Shown: positions 50,300 to 64,000 of the stretch, piece by piece
How the letters are laid out: every line of letters starts with the position of its first letter
Numbering within the stretch: the first letter of the stretch is position 1
NCBI RefSeq assembly: GCF_964194025.1
Contig: NC_134482.1
Span: forward strand, 8,742,001-8,806,000
Length of the DNA: 64,000 nucleotides
Source of the DNA: Convolutriloba macropyga
Taxonomy: Eukaryota
Direction of reading: 5' to 3'
Notes under the pieces: model-generated
What the model was told of the DNA's origin: nothing
What the model saw: only the letters and a program-made list of their open reading frames with translations
Databases searched by the model: none
Position numbers and translations under genes: made by a program

Positions 50300-53200
50300 A
50301 TAATGACCTTCTGAATGGCAGAGAGTGTCTATATTCTCTTATTAAGGTTTTTAATGACGCCAATGAATGATTTCAGTTGACAGCCAGTTGCTTTCATGAC
50401 TGAGATTCATTCTTTTCAAAAAGTGGTTGTAAACGTACGTTCTAATTTGGCCGTGGTTGTTGTGTCTAATTGTTAATCATTCTCAATAAAGTCAGGTCAA
50501 ATAACTTTGCCGACAAAAAGGAAGTTATTTGGTTTTGACTAATTTCTTTTGATGCTATTCCTTAAGTTTTTGCTTAAAATTTTAAAGAAAAAAATAGAAA
50601 GACAATTAGATTTGGTCGTCAGTAATAATTGGTTTTTGTATTTCATTTTGTTGTTTGTCTTGTCTCCTACTCTGTCTAATGGCAAATATAATCGATTCTC
50701 TAATAAATTATTCTTTCTTTTCCATACTGGTTACAGATTCAAGCTATTTTTTAATTGAACACATCGAATATTTGAGAACAAAGTGATATTTTGGAAATTT
50801 TCCATCTGTTCCTCATTTGGTGGACACTCAGGTCAAAAGCATGGCTAGAAGAGATCGACACATCCTTATGTGCGAACGCACAAAACCAAGCCTCTTTTGT
50901 GTTGGTTACGTATCCACATTATTTTCATAGCTATTCTCTTGAAGTGCAAAAAAAATCAAAATATTGTAGTTCTTGATTATTTTTAAAGGTAACATTAAAA
51001 ATTCCCATTTGGGCACAGTTTGCGCTTATCTCAAAAAAATTTAGGCCGGTATGAAACAAGTAGCCTTCCGGTTTTTGAATTGGAATATTTGCTGTCAAGA
51101 GCTTCTGACCAAAATTTGCCAAAAAAAACTAGACTTTATCGTTTAGTTTCTTGCATAAATTCTTGCTTATTTTTTTGTTTAGTTTTTTGTTTCGTAAACT
51201 ATCTGAAAACCTATTCATTGTTTTTGTTTTTGTGATTTTGTTTCGAGAAAAAAAATTATTCATAGTTTTTTCTCCAAAACTTTTCCTATTTTTTTTCATA
51301 TTGTGTTAAAAGAAGGTTTAGAAATGCCGTCGCAAAGCCCCGTTGTAAGTCAGTACGGGTCAAGCCTAAATCAAAAACTAACTTGGTACTCACTCGTAGG
51401 CCGAACGCCAATATATTGGCGGGTCAGATTTAAGAAAAAATAGATGGACATTTAGGTTTGGTCGTCAATAATCCATCGTTTTGTATTTGATTTTGTTGTT
51501 TGTCTTATCTCTTGTTTTGTTTGATAGCTAGATTAGCTAGCGAGTTGAAGTTAATTAAGTACCAAATCATTGACACAATGTCAAAAAATTGGTTTGTCAG
51601 AATTGGTTTTTCTGTTTTTCAGTTTTAAAAATGGGTCTAACGGAGATTGAGATATATGGATGTTTTGACTTCCACATGTACCTTGCATCTATTTCATCAT
51701 CGTTCCTAGTTGTTTCGTTTTTGCTTCGTAAACTATCCAAACACCTATCCGTTTGTTTACTTTTATGATTATATTTCTAGTAAAGAAAATTGTTTGTGTT
51801 CTTTTCTCTAAATTCGGTCCAATGTCTTTCATATTATGTTAAAAGGAGTTTTAGAAATCCCGTGACCAAATCTATTTTATATCAATACGGGTTAAGCCTA
51901 TATTAGAAGTTAATTTGGTACTAACTCATAGACAGAATGTCAAAATATAAGCATGTCAGAATTGGGCCAAGTTGTTTTTCTATTTTACAAAATGGGTTTT
52001 ACGGAGATTGAGATATATAGATGTTTTGACTTTGACAGGTACCTTGCATCTGTTTCACCATCTTTCCTAGTTTTTAGCTTCTAAGCCGCAGAAAGACATT
52101 TCAACACGGTGATTGATTCAGTGGTTTGGCGCGGTTTCCGGAAATGTAATGATATCCGGTAAAATTATAACAGTTGCAATATCAAGAATAGTTAAAAAAC
52201 TATACGTTGATTGATAGTTTAAAATCTATGCGAATCTGAAATTTTTGTTGTTTCTGCGTTTTGGTAGTAGTATGACCTTCTGAAAAATGGCGGGTATCGA
52301 TGATTTCTTATGAAGGTTGTTAGTAAGGCCATTGAAAGATCGCAGTTGATAGCTAATTGCTTTCTTGACATTGAATTTAATGGTTTTTCAAAAATGATTG
52401 TAAACGTGCTTTCTAATTTTGCCGTGGCTGCTTTTTTCCCTTTTGTTATTAATTATCAATAAAGACAGATCAAAAATCTTTTTTGTTAAAATTTGAGACA
52501 TTCGCTTTAAACTAATTGTTTTTGATTCTATTCCTTAAGTTTGTTCTTAGGGTTTTTTAAGAAAAAATAGAAAGACATTTAGATGTGGTCATCAGTAATA
52601 CATGGTTTTGAATTTAATTTTGTTGTTCGTCTTGTCTCTTGTTTTAATTGATAGTTAGATCAGGAGTTGAAATTAATTAAGTACCAAATCATTGACACAA
52701 TGTCAAAAAATTGGTTTGTCAGAAGTGGGTCAAGTTGTTTTTCTGTTTTAAAAATGGGTCTTACGGAGGTTGAGATAAATAGATAATTTGATTTCGACGT
52801 GTAACTCGCATCTATTTCACCATCGTTCCTAGTTATTTGGTTTTTGCGTCGTAAACTAACTATCTAAAATTTTATCCATTTGTTTATTTTTCGTGATAAA
52901 ATTTCTGGTAAAGACGTTTTTTTATGATTTTTCCTCTAACATTGGTCCAGTTTCATTCATATTATATTAAAAGACGGTTTAGACATCCTGTGACCAAACT
53001 CTATTGTAAAACAGTACGCGTCGAGCCTAAATTAAAAACTAATTGGTCCCAACTCGTAGACCGAACGTCAATATATTGGCTGGTCATATTTAAATAGATA
53101 GTTATTTCGTTTTGGTCGTCAGTAATCCTTCGTTTTGTGTTTGATTTTGTTGTTTGTCTTTTCTTTTGTTCTGTTTAATGGTTAGATTAGGAGTTGCAGA

Positions 53201-56200
53201 TAATTTAGTACTAATTCCTAGACAAAACATCAAAATAATGGCTTCAAAGAATTGGGTCAAGTTGTTTTTCTGTTTTAAAAAATGGATCTTTCGTAAGTTG
53301 AGATATATAGATTTTTTGACTTGGACATGTACCTTGCATCTGTTTCAATATATTTCCTAGTTTTAGGCTGCTAAGCCAGAGATAGACATTTCAACACAGT
53401 GATTGATCCAAAATGAAATCCGAAAAAAATTTTACCAGTTGCAATATGAAGGATAGTTAGAAATCTATATGTTGATTGATAGTTTAAGATCTATGCGAAT
53501 CTGAAATTTTTGATGTATATGCATTTTTAGTGGTAGTATGAACTGTAATATGACGGTTATCGATGTTTTCTTATAAAGATTTTTAGTGAGAACGATCTAT
53601 GCGAACCTGAAGTTTTTGTTGTATTTGCGTATCGATGATTTCTTATGATGGTTTTTAGTGAGGCCAATGAATGATTTCAGTTGATAGCTAATTGCTTTCA
53701 TGACTTTGAAGTTAATTGTTTTCAAAAAATGATTGTATACGTACTTTCTAATTTTGCCGTGGCTGCTGTTTTCTCTTTTTGCCGTTTATTCTCGATAAAG
53801 ACAGATCACAAATCTTTTTTGACATAATAGGAGTCATTTGGTTTAGATTAACATTTTTTGATGCCCTTTCTAAAGTTTTGCCTTAGTTTTTTAAAGAAAA
53901 AATAAAAAGACAATTAGATTTGGTCGTCAGTAATACTTTGTTTTGAATTTGATTATGTTGTTCGTCTTGTGTCTTGTTCTGTTTTTTAGTTAGATTAGTA
54001 GTTGAAGTTAATTTAGTACCAACTCATTGACAGAATGTCAAAATATTCGCTTGTCAGAAGTGGGTCAAGTTGTTTTTCCGTTTCAAAAAATGGGTCTTTC
54101 GGAGATTGAGATAGTTTAAGATCTACGCGAATCTGATGTTTTTGTTGTATTTGCGTATCGATGATTTCTTATGATGGTTTTCAGTGAGGCCAATGAATGA
54201 TTTCAGTTGATAGCTAATTGCCTTCATGTCTTTGAATTTAATTGTTTTCAAAAAAAGATTGTAAACGTTCTTTCTAGGTTTGCCGTGGCTGCTGTTTTCT
54301 CCTTTTGTTATTTGCTCTCAATAAAAACAGATCACATATCTTTTTTGATAAAATGGCAGTCATTTGGTTTATATTAACTTATTTTAATGCTATTCTTAAA
54401 GTTTTTCCTTATTTTTTTAAAGAAAAAATAGAAAGACAATTAGATTTGGTCGTCAGTAATACTTGGTTTTGAGTTTGATTTTGTTGTTCGTCTTGTGTCT
54501 TGTTCTGTTTCTTAGTTAGATTAGTAGTTGAGGTTAATTTAGTACCAACTCATAGACAGAATGTCAAAATATTGGTCTGTCAGAAGTGGGTCAAGTTGTT
54601 TTTCTGTTTTAAAAATGGGTCTTACGGAAATTGAGATATATAGATGTGTTGAATTTGACATTTTCCTCGCTTCTTTTTCATCATAGTTCCTTGTTGTTTT
54701 GTTTTTGCATCGTAAATTATCTCAAAATCTATCCATTTGTGTACTTTTTGTGATTATGTTTTCAGTGAAGGAATCTATTCATGATTTTTTACCTAAAATT
54801 GGTCCAATTTCTTCCACGTTATGTTAAAAAAGGGTTTAAAAATCCCGTGACCAAATCCAATTGTAAGTCAGTACGGTTCAAATCTATATCAGAAATTAAT
54901 CTGGTACTAACTCATAGACAGAATGTCGAAATATTTGCTTGTCAGAATAGGGTCAAGTTATTTTTCTGTTTCAAAAATTGGGTATTACGGAGATTGAGAT
55001 TTATACATGTTTTGACTGCGACATGTACCTCGCATCTATTTCATCTTCGTTCCTAGTTTTTTGGTTTTTGTTTCGTAAACTAACTAAAAACCTATCCATT
55101 TGGTCACTTTTTAATTTTATATTTCTTGTAAAGAAGTTTATTCATGAATTTTTCTTTAAAATTGGACCAATTGCTTTCATGTTATGTGAAAATAGGGTTT
55201 AGGAATCCCTTGACCAAACCCTATTGTAAGTCATTACGAGTCAAGTCTAAATCAAAAATTAAATTCGTACTCACTCGTAGACCGAACATCAATATATTGG
55301 CTGGTCAGTTTTAAGAAAAAGTAGAAAAACAATTAGATTTGGTGGTCAGTAATAAGTGGTTTTGTATTTGATTTTGTTGTTCGTCTTGTGTCTTGTTCTG
55401 GTTCTTAATTCGATTAGTAGTTGAAGTTAATTCAGTACCAACATGTAGACAGAATGTCAAAAGATGGGCTGGTCAGAATTGGGTCAAGTTGTTTTTCACC
55501 ATTTTTCCTAATTTTTGGCTTCTAAGCCACAGAATGACATTTCAAAAGTGACTGACCCAGCATCAAATCCGACAAAATTAAACCCGTTGCAATATGAAGG
55601 ATAGTTAGAAATCTATACGTTGATTTAGAGTTTAGGATCTACGCGATTCAGAAATTTCTGATTTATTTGCTTTTTTAGTAGTAGTATGACTTTCTGAAAA
55701 TTGGCGGGTGTCGATGATTTCTTATGATGGTTTTTAGTGAGGCCAGTGAATGATTTCAGTTGATAGCTAATTGCTTTCATGACTTTGAATTTAATTGTTT
55801 TCAAAAGATGATTGTAAACGTACTTTCTAATTTTGCCGTGGCTGCTGTTTTCTCTTTTTGCCGTTTATTCTCAATAAAGACAGATCACAAATCTTTTTTG
55901 ACATAATGGGAGTCATTTGGTTTAGATTAACATTTTTTGATGCCCTTTCTAAAGTTTTGCCTTAGCTTTTAAAGAAAAAATAAAAAGACAATTAGATTTG
56001 GTCGTCAGTAATACTTTGTTTTGAATTTGATTATGTTGTTCGTCTTGTGTCTTGTTCTGTTTTTTAGTTAGATTAGTAGTTGAAGTTAATTTAGTACCAA
56101 CTCATAGACAGAATGTCAAAATATTCGCTTGTCAGAAGTGGGTCAAGTTGTTTTTCCGTTTCAAAAAATGGGTCTTTCGGAGATTGAGAAAGTTTAAGAT

Positions 56201-59200
56201 CTATGCGAATCTGATGTTTTTGTTGTATTTGCGTATCGATGATTTCTTATGATGGTTTTCAGTGAGGCCAATGAATGATTTCAGTTGATAGCTAATTGCC
56301 TTCATGTCTTTGAATTTAATTGTTTTCAAAAAAAGATTGTAAACGTTCTTTCTAGGTTTGCCGTGGCTGATGTTTTCTCCTTTTGTTATTTGCTCTCAAT
56401 AAAAACAGATCACATATCTCTTTTGATAAAATGGCAGTCATTTGGTTTATATTAACTTATTTTAATGCTATTCTTAAAGTTTTTCCTTATTTTTTTAAAG
56501 AAAAAATAGAAAGACAATTAGATTTGGTCGTCAGTAATACTTGGTTTTGAGTTTGATTTTGTTGTTCGTCTTGTATCTTGTTCTGTTTCTTAGTTAGATT
56601 AGTAGTTGAGGTTAATTTAGTACCAACTCATAGACAGAATGTCAAAATAATGGTTTGTCAGATTTGGGTCAAGTTGTTTTTCTGTTTTAAAAATGGGTCT
56701 TACGGAAATTGAGATATATAGATGTGTTGAATTTGACATTTTCCTCGCTTCTTATTCATCATAGTTCCTTGTTGTTTCGTTTTTGCTAAATTATCTCAAA
56801 ATCTATCCATTTGTGTACTTTTTGTGATTATATTTTCAGTGAAGGAATGTATTCATGATTTTTTACCTAAAATTGGTCCAATTTCTTCCACGTTATGTTA
56901 AAAAAGGGTTTAAAAATCCCATGACCAAATCCAATTGTAAGTCAGTACGGTTCAAATCTATATCAGAAATTAATCTGGTACTAACTCATAGACAGAATGT
57001 TGAAATATTTGCTTGTCAGAATAGGGTCAAGTTATTTTTCTGACTGAATTTTTTTTTAAAATTGGTCCAATTGCTTTCATGTTATGTGAAAATAGGGTTT
57101 AGGAATCCCTTGACCAAACCCTATTGTAAGTCAGTACGAGTCAAGTCTAAATCAAAAACTAAATTCGTACTCACTCGTAGACCGAACATCAATATATTGG
57201 CTGGTCAGTTTTAAGAAAAATAGAAAAACAATTAGATTTGGCGGTCAGTAATAAGTGGTTTTGTATTTGATTTTGTTGTTCGTCTTGTGTCTTGTTCTAG
57301 TTCTTAATTCGATTAGTAGTTGAAGTTAATTCAGAACCAACATGTAGACAGAATGTAAAAGGATGGGCTGGTCAGAATTGGGTCAAGTTGTTTTTCACCA
57401 TTTTTCCTAATTTTTGGCTTCTAAGCCGCAGAATGACATTTCAAAAGTGACTGACCCAGCATCAAATCCGACAAAATTAAACCCGTTGCAATATGAAGGA
57501 TAGTTAGAAATCTATACGTTGATTTAGAGTTTAGGATCTACGCGATTCAGAAATTTCTGATTTATTTGCTTTTTTAGTAGTAGTATGACCTTCTGAAAAT
57601 TGGCGGGTGTCGATGATTTCTTGTGAAGGTTTTTAGTGAGGCCAATGAATGATTTCAGTTGATAGCTAGTTGCTCTCATGACTTTGAGTTTCATTATTTT
57701 CAAAAAGTGATTGTAATCATACTTTCTAATTTTACCGTGACTCCTGTTTTCTTTTTTCTGTCATTTGTTCTCAATAAAAACAGATGACAAATCTTTTTTT
57801 GATAAAATGGGAGTCATTCGGTTTAGATTAACTTTTTTTGATGCTATTCCTAAAATTTGTCCTCAAATTTTTTTAGAGAAAAAATATAAACAAAACTAGA
57901 TTTGGTTGTCAGTAATACTTGGTTTTGCCTTTGATTTTGTTGTTCGTCTTGTGTCTTGTTCTAGTTCGTAATTCGATTAGTAGTTGAAGTTAATTCAGTA
58001 CCAACATGTAGACAGAATGTCAAAAGATGGGCTGGTCAGAATTGGGTCAAGTTGTTTTTCACCATTTTTCCTAATTTTTGGCTTCTAAGCTGCAGAATGA
58101 CATTTCAAAATTGACTGACCCAGCATCAAATCCGACAAAATTAAACCCGTTGCAATATGAAGGATAGTTAGAAATCTATAGGTTGATTTAGAGTTTAGGA
58201 TCTACGCGATTCAGAAATTTCTGATTTATTTGCTTTTTTAGTAGTAGTATGACCTTCTGAAAATTGGCGGGTGTCGATGATTTCTTGTGAAGGTTTTTAG
58301 TGAGGCCAATGAATGATTTCAGTTGATAGCTAGTTGCTCTCATGACTTTGAGTTTCATTGTTTTCAAAAAGTGATTGTAAACATACTTTCTAATTTTACC
58401 GTGACTCCTGTTTTCTTTTTTCTGTCATTTGTTCTCAATAAAAACAGATAACAAATCTTTTTTTGATAAAATGGGAGTCATTCGGTTTAGATTAACTTTT
58501 TTTGATGCTATTCCTAAAATTTGTCCTCAAATTTTTTTAGAGAAAAAATATAAACAAAACTAGATTTGGTTGTCAGTAATACTTGGTTTTGCCTTTGATT
58601 TTGTTGTTCGTCTTGTGTCGTGTTCTGTTTCGTAGTTAGATTAGTTTTTGAAGTTAATTTTTAAGATAGTAGTTTGACATGTAATAATGGCGGGTATCGA
58701 GGTTTTCTTATGAAGAGTTTTAGTGAGAACAATGAATGATTTCAGTTGATAGCTAGTTGCTTTCATGACTTTGAATTTAATTGTTTTAAAAAAGTGATTG
58801 TAAACGTACTTTCTATTTTTGCCGTAGCTGCTGTTTTCTCTTTTTGCCATTTATTCTCGATAGAGACACGTCACAAATATTTTTTGATATAATGGGAGTC
58901 ATTTGTTTTAGATTAACATATTTGATGCTAATTCTAAAGTTTTTCCTTAATTTTTTAAAGAGAAAATAGAAAGAAAATTAGATTTGGTCGTCAGCAATAC
59001 TTTGTTTTAAATTTGATTTTGTTTATCGTCTTTTGTCTTGTTCTGTTTCTTAGTTAGATTAGTAGTTGAAGTTAATTTTGTACCAACTCATAGACAGAAT
59101 GTCAAAAAATTGGCTTGTCAGAAGTGGGTCAAGTTGTTTTTCTGTTTTAAAAAAAAGTCTTACGGAGATTGAGATATATAGATGTTTCAAATTTTCCTCG

Positions 59201-62200
59201 CATCTATTTTATCATAGTTCCTAGTTTTTGGCTTCTAAGCCGCAGAAAGACATTTCAACACAGTGGTTGATCCAGCGATTTGGCACGGTTTCCGTAAATG
59301 TTATGAAATCCGATAAAATCATTCCAGTTGCAATATGAAGGATAGTTAGAAATCTATGCGTTGATTGTTAGTTTAAAATCTATGGGACTATGAAATTTTT
59401 GTTGGTTTTGCGTTTTTGGTAGTAGTAAGACCTTCTGAATAATGGAGGTTATCGATGTTTTCTTATGAAGATTTTGAGTGAGAACAATGAATGATCTCAG
59501 TTGATAGCCTATTGCTTTCATGACTTTGAGTTTAATTGTTTTTCAAAAGTGATTGTAAGTGTGCTTTCTAACTTTGCCGTGGCTTCTGTCTTCTTTCTTT
59601 GTAATTTGTTTTCAGTAAAGACAGATCACAAATCATTTTTGATAAAATGGGAGTCATTTTGTTTAAATTTACTTTTTTTGATGCTATTCCCTAAGTTTTT
59701 CCTTGGGTTTTTTTTAAGAAAATATAGAAAGACATTTAGATTTGGTCATCAGTAAAACATGGTTTTGAATTTAATTTTGTTGTTCGTCTTGTCTCTTGTT
59801 CTGTTTTACGGTTAGATTAGTAGTTGAAGTTAATTTAGTATCAACTCATAGACAGAATGTCAAAATATTGGCTCTTCAGAATTGCGTCAAGTTGTTTTTA
59901 TAATTTCAAAAATGGCTCTTACGGCGATTGAGTAATAAAGATGTTTTGACTTAGACATCTACCTTGCATCTGATTCATCTTCTTTTCTAGTTTTTGGCTT
60001 CCAAGCCGCAAAAAGACATTTCAACAAAGCGACTGCTCCAGTGGTTAGGCACGGTTTCCGCAAATGCAACGAAATCCAATAAAAATGTTCCAGTTGCAAT
60101 ATGAAGAAAATTTTGAAATCTATACGTTGATTTATAATTTATAATCTATGCGAATCTGAAATTTTTGTTACATTTTCTTTTTTTTGGTAGAAGTATGACC
60201 TTCGGAAGAATGGTGAGTATCGATGTTTTCTTGCGATGGTTTTCAGTGAGGCCAATGAATGATTTCAGTTGATAGCTAATTGCTTTCATGACTTTGAATT
60301 TAATTGTTTTCAAAAAATGATTGTAAACGTACTGTCTAATTTTGCCGTGGCTGCTGTTTTCTCTTTTTGCCGTTTATTCTCGATAAAGACAGATCACAAA
60401 TCTTTTTTGACATAATGGGAGTCATTTGGTTTAGATTAACATTTTTTGATGCCCTTTCTAAAGTTTTGCCTTAGTTTTTTAAAGAAAAAATAAAAAGACA
60501 ATTAAATTTGGTCGTCAGTAATACTTTGTTTTGAATTTGATTATGTTGTTCGTCTTGTGTCTTGTTCTGTTTCTTAGTTAGATTAGTAGTTGAAGTTAAT
60601 TTAGTACCAACTCATAGACAGAATGTCAAAATATTGGCTTGTCAGAAGTGGTTCAGGTTGTTTTTCTGTTTCAAAAAATTGATCTTTCGGAGATTGAGAT
60701 AGTTTACGATCTATGCGAATCTGAAGTTTTTGTTGTATTTGCGTATCGATGATTTCTTATTATGGTTTTTAGTGAGGCCAATGAATGATTTCAGTTGATA
60801 GCTAATTGCCTTCATGACTTTGACTTTAATTGTTTTCAAAAAAAGATTGTAAACGTTCTTTCTAGGTTTGCCGTGGCTGCTGTTTTCTCCTTTTGTTATT
60901 TGCTCTCAATAAAAACAGATCACATATCTTTTTTGATAAAATGGCAGTCATTTGGTTTATATTAACTTTTTTAAATGCTATTCTTAAAGTTTTTCCTTAT
61001 TTTTTTAAAGAAAAAATAGAAAGACAATTAGATTTGGTCGTCAGTAATACTTGGTTTTGAGTTTGATTTTGTTGTTCGTCTTGTGTCTTGTTCTGTTTCT
61101 TAGTTAGATTAGTAGTTGAGGTTAATTTAGTACCAACTCATAGACAGAATGTCAAAATATTGGTTTGACAGAAGTGGGTCAAGTTGTTTTTCTGTTCTAA
61201 AATTGGGTCTTACGGAAATTGATATATATAGATGTGTTGAATTTGACATTTTTCTCGCTTCTATTTCATCATAGTTCTATTCTTCTAAGCCGCAGAAAGA
61301 CATTTCAACACAGTGGTTGATCCAAAATGAAATCCGAATAAATTATACCAGTTGCAATATGAAGGATATTTTGAAATCTATATGTTGATTGATATTTTAA
61401 GATCTATGCGAATCTGAAATTTTTGTTGTATTTGCATTTTTAGTAGTAGTATGACCTGTAATAATGGCGGGTATCGAGGTTTTCTTATGCAGATTTTTAG
61501 TAAAAACAATGAATGATTGCAGTTGATAGCTAGTTGCTTTCATGACTTTGAATTTAATTGTTTTCAAAAAGTGATTGTAAACGTACTTTATAATTTTGCC
61601 GTGGCTGCTGTTTTCTCTTTTTGCCATTTATTCTCGATAAAGACAGGTCACAAATCTTTCTTGATATAATGGGAGTCAATTGGTTTAGATTAACATATTT
61701 GATGCTATTTCTAAAGTTTTTCCTTAATTTTTTAAAGAAAAAATAGAAAGACAATTAGATTTGGTCGTCATTAATACGTTGTTTTGAATTTGGTTTTGTT
61801 TTTCGTCTTGTGTCTTGTTCTGTTTCTTAGTTAGAATAGTAGTTGAAGTTAATTTAGTACCAACTCATAGTTTTTTTGTTTTAAAAAAGGGTCTTACCGA
61901 GATTGAGATATATAGATGTTTCGAATTTGACATTTTCCTCGCATATATTTTATCATAGTTCCTAGTTTTTGGCTTCTAAGCCGCAGAAAGACATTTCAAC
62001 AAAGTGATTGCTCCAGTGGTTCGGCATGGATTCCGCGAATGCAATGAAATCCGATAAAATTGTACCAGTTGCAATATGAAGAAAAGTTAGAAATCTATAC
62101 GTTGGTTTATAATTTATAATCTATGCGAATCTGAAATTTTTGTTACATTTTCCTTTTTTTGGTAGTATCGGTGAGTATCTGAAGAATGGTGAGTATCGAT

Positions 62201-64000
62201 GTTTTCTTGTGATGGTTTTTAGTGACGCCAATGAATGGTTTCAGTTGATAGCTAATTGCTTTCATGACTTTGAATTTAATTGTTTTCAAAAAATGATTGT
62301 AAACGTACTTTCTAATTTTGCCGTGGCTGCTGTTTTCTCTTTTTGCCGTTCATTCTCGATAAAGACAGATCACAAATCTTCTTGATATAATGGTAGTCGT
62401 ATGGTTTAGATTAACATTTTTTGATGCTGTTTCTAAAGTTTTCCTTGATTTTTTAAAGAAAAAATAAAAAGACAATTAGATTTGGTCGTCGGTAATACTT
62501 TGTTTTGAATTTCATTATGTTGTTCGTCTTGTGTCTTATTCTGTTTCTTAGTTAAATTAGCAGTTGAAGTTAATTTAGTACCAACCCATTGACAGAATGT
62601 CAAAATATTGGCTCGTCAGAAGTGGGTCAAGTTGTTTTTCTGTTTCAAAAAATGGGTCTTTCGGAGATTGAGAGAGTTTACGATCTATGCGAACCTGAAT
62701 TTTTTGTTGTATTTGCGTATCGATGATTTCCTATGATGGTTTTTAGTGAGGCCAATGAATGATTTCAGTTGATAGCTAATTTCCTTCATGACTTTGAATT
62801 TAATTGTTTTCAAAAAAAATTGTAAACGTTCTTTCTAGGTTTGCCGTGGCTGCTGTTTTCTCTTTTTGGTATTTACTCTCAATAAAAACAGATCACATAT
62901 ATTTTTTGATAAAATGGCAGTCATTTGGTTTGGATTACTTTTTTTTTGATGCTATTTCATCTGATGCTATAATTTTTTTAAAGAAAAAATCGAAAGACAA
63001 TTAGATTTGGTCGTCAGTAATACTTTGTTTTGTCTTTGATTTTGTTGATCGTCTTGTCTCTAGTTCTGTTTTATCGTTAGATTTGTAGTTGAGATTAATT
63101 TAGTACTGACTCCCTAACAGAATATCAAAATATTGGCTTGTCAGATTTGGGTCAAATTGATTTTCTATTTTGAAAAAAATGGGTCTTACGGAGCTTGGAT
63201 ATATAGATTTGTTGATTTTGACATGTACTTTGCATCTATTTCATCATCGTTCCAAGTTTGTAGCTTATAAGCCGCAAAAAAACATTTGAACACTATTCCT
63301 TAAATTTTTCCTTGGGTTCTTTCGAAAGAAAAAATAGAAAGACATTTAGATTTGGTTGTCAGTAATAATTGGTTTTGTATTTGATTTTGTTGTTCGTCTT
63401 GTCTCTTGTTCTGTTTTACGGTTAGATTAGTAGTTGAAGTTAATTTAGTACCAAATCATAGACAGAATGTCAAAATATTGGCGTGTCAGAATTGGGTCGG
63501 GTTGTTTTTCTAATATTAAAAATGGCTCTTACGGAGATTGAGATATATAGATGTTTTGACTTAGACATCTACCTTGCATCTGTTTCATCTTCTTTTCTAG
63601 TTTTTGGCTTCTCAGCCGCAAAAAGACATTTCAACAAAGTGATTGCTCCAGTGGTTTGGCACGGTTTCCGCGAATGCAATGAAATCCGATAAAATTGTAC
63701 CAGTTGCAATATGAGGAAAAGTTAGAAATCTATACGTTGTTTTATCTGAAATTTTTGTTACATTTTCCTTTTTTTTGGTAGTATCGGTGAGTATCTGAAG
63801 ATTTTTGAGTATCGATGTTTTCTTGTGATGGTTTTTAGTGAGGCCAATGAATGATTTCAGTTGATAGCTAATTGTTTTCATGACTTTGAATTTAATTAAT
63901 TTCAAAAAATGATTGTAAACGTACTTTCTAATTTTGCCGTGGCTGCTATTTTTTCTTTTTGCCGTTTATTCTCGATAAAGACAGATCACAAATCTTTTTT
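50300..64000. repeat. Complex modular satellite array, runs off the right edge
   Basis: Anchor aatgaatgatttcagttgatagct (with variants) at about 50362, 52331, 53666, 54192, 55745, 56270, 57644, 58308, 58731, 59486, 60254, 60780, 61508, 62230, 62754 and 63846, all in the same orientation. Confidence 0.93.

Noticed and set aside
53154-63905. Recurrent short ORFs in the array as a tandem gene family
   Set aside because: Stops and frameshifts differ between units, and there are no consistent splice signals or start sites.

Overview
AT-rich eukaryotic (animal-type) genomic DNA, not prokaryotic. The only host gene is the spliceosomal Myb factor CDC5L/Cef1 on the minus strand. I reconstructed nine coding exons by hand (23489 down to 288; 1,285 nt; all intron phases consistent), and the gene runs off the left edge. 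Its first intron is a 66-nt GC-AG intron, and introns 2 (5.9 kb) and 4 (14.2 kb) are stacks of transposons. These include a family of Helentron-associated (HINE/DINE-1-like) non-autonomous elements with diagnostic subTIR and hairpin ends, a triplicated L2-like LINE (2,906-bp period), and a CRE-clade retrotransposon with an N-terminal PHD finger, a perfect 13-bp TSD and a 5' junction patched with scrambled copies of neighbouring DNA. Upstream of the gene lie a Penelope relic, a decayed Gypsy element (internally triplicated, possible env-like ORF, 150-bp tandem repeat), CR1/L2 relics, two tandem LTR-PBS-gag units, palindromic MITEs and a near full-length CR1-group LINE. From about 50.3 kb to the end is a complex satellite built from shuffled modules. 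Most ORF-track entries are TE fragments or spurious. All calls come from reading the sequence; no searches were run.
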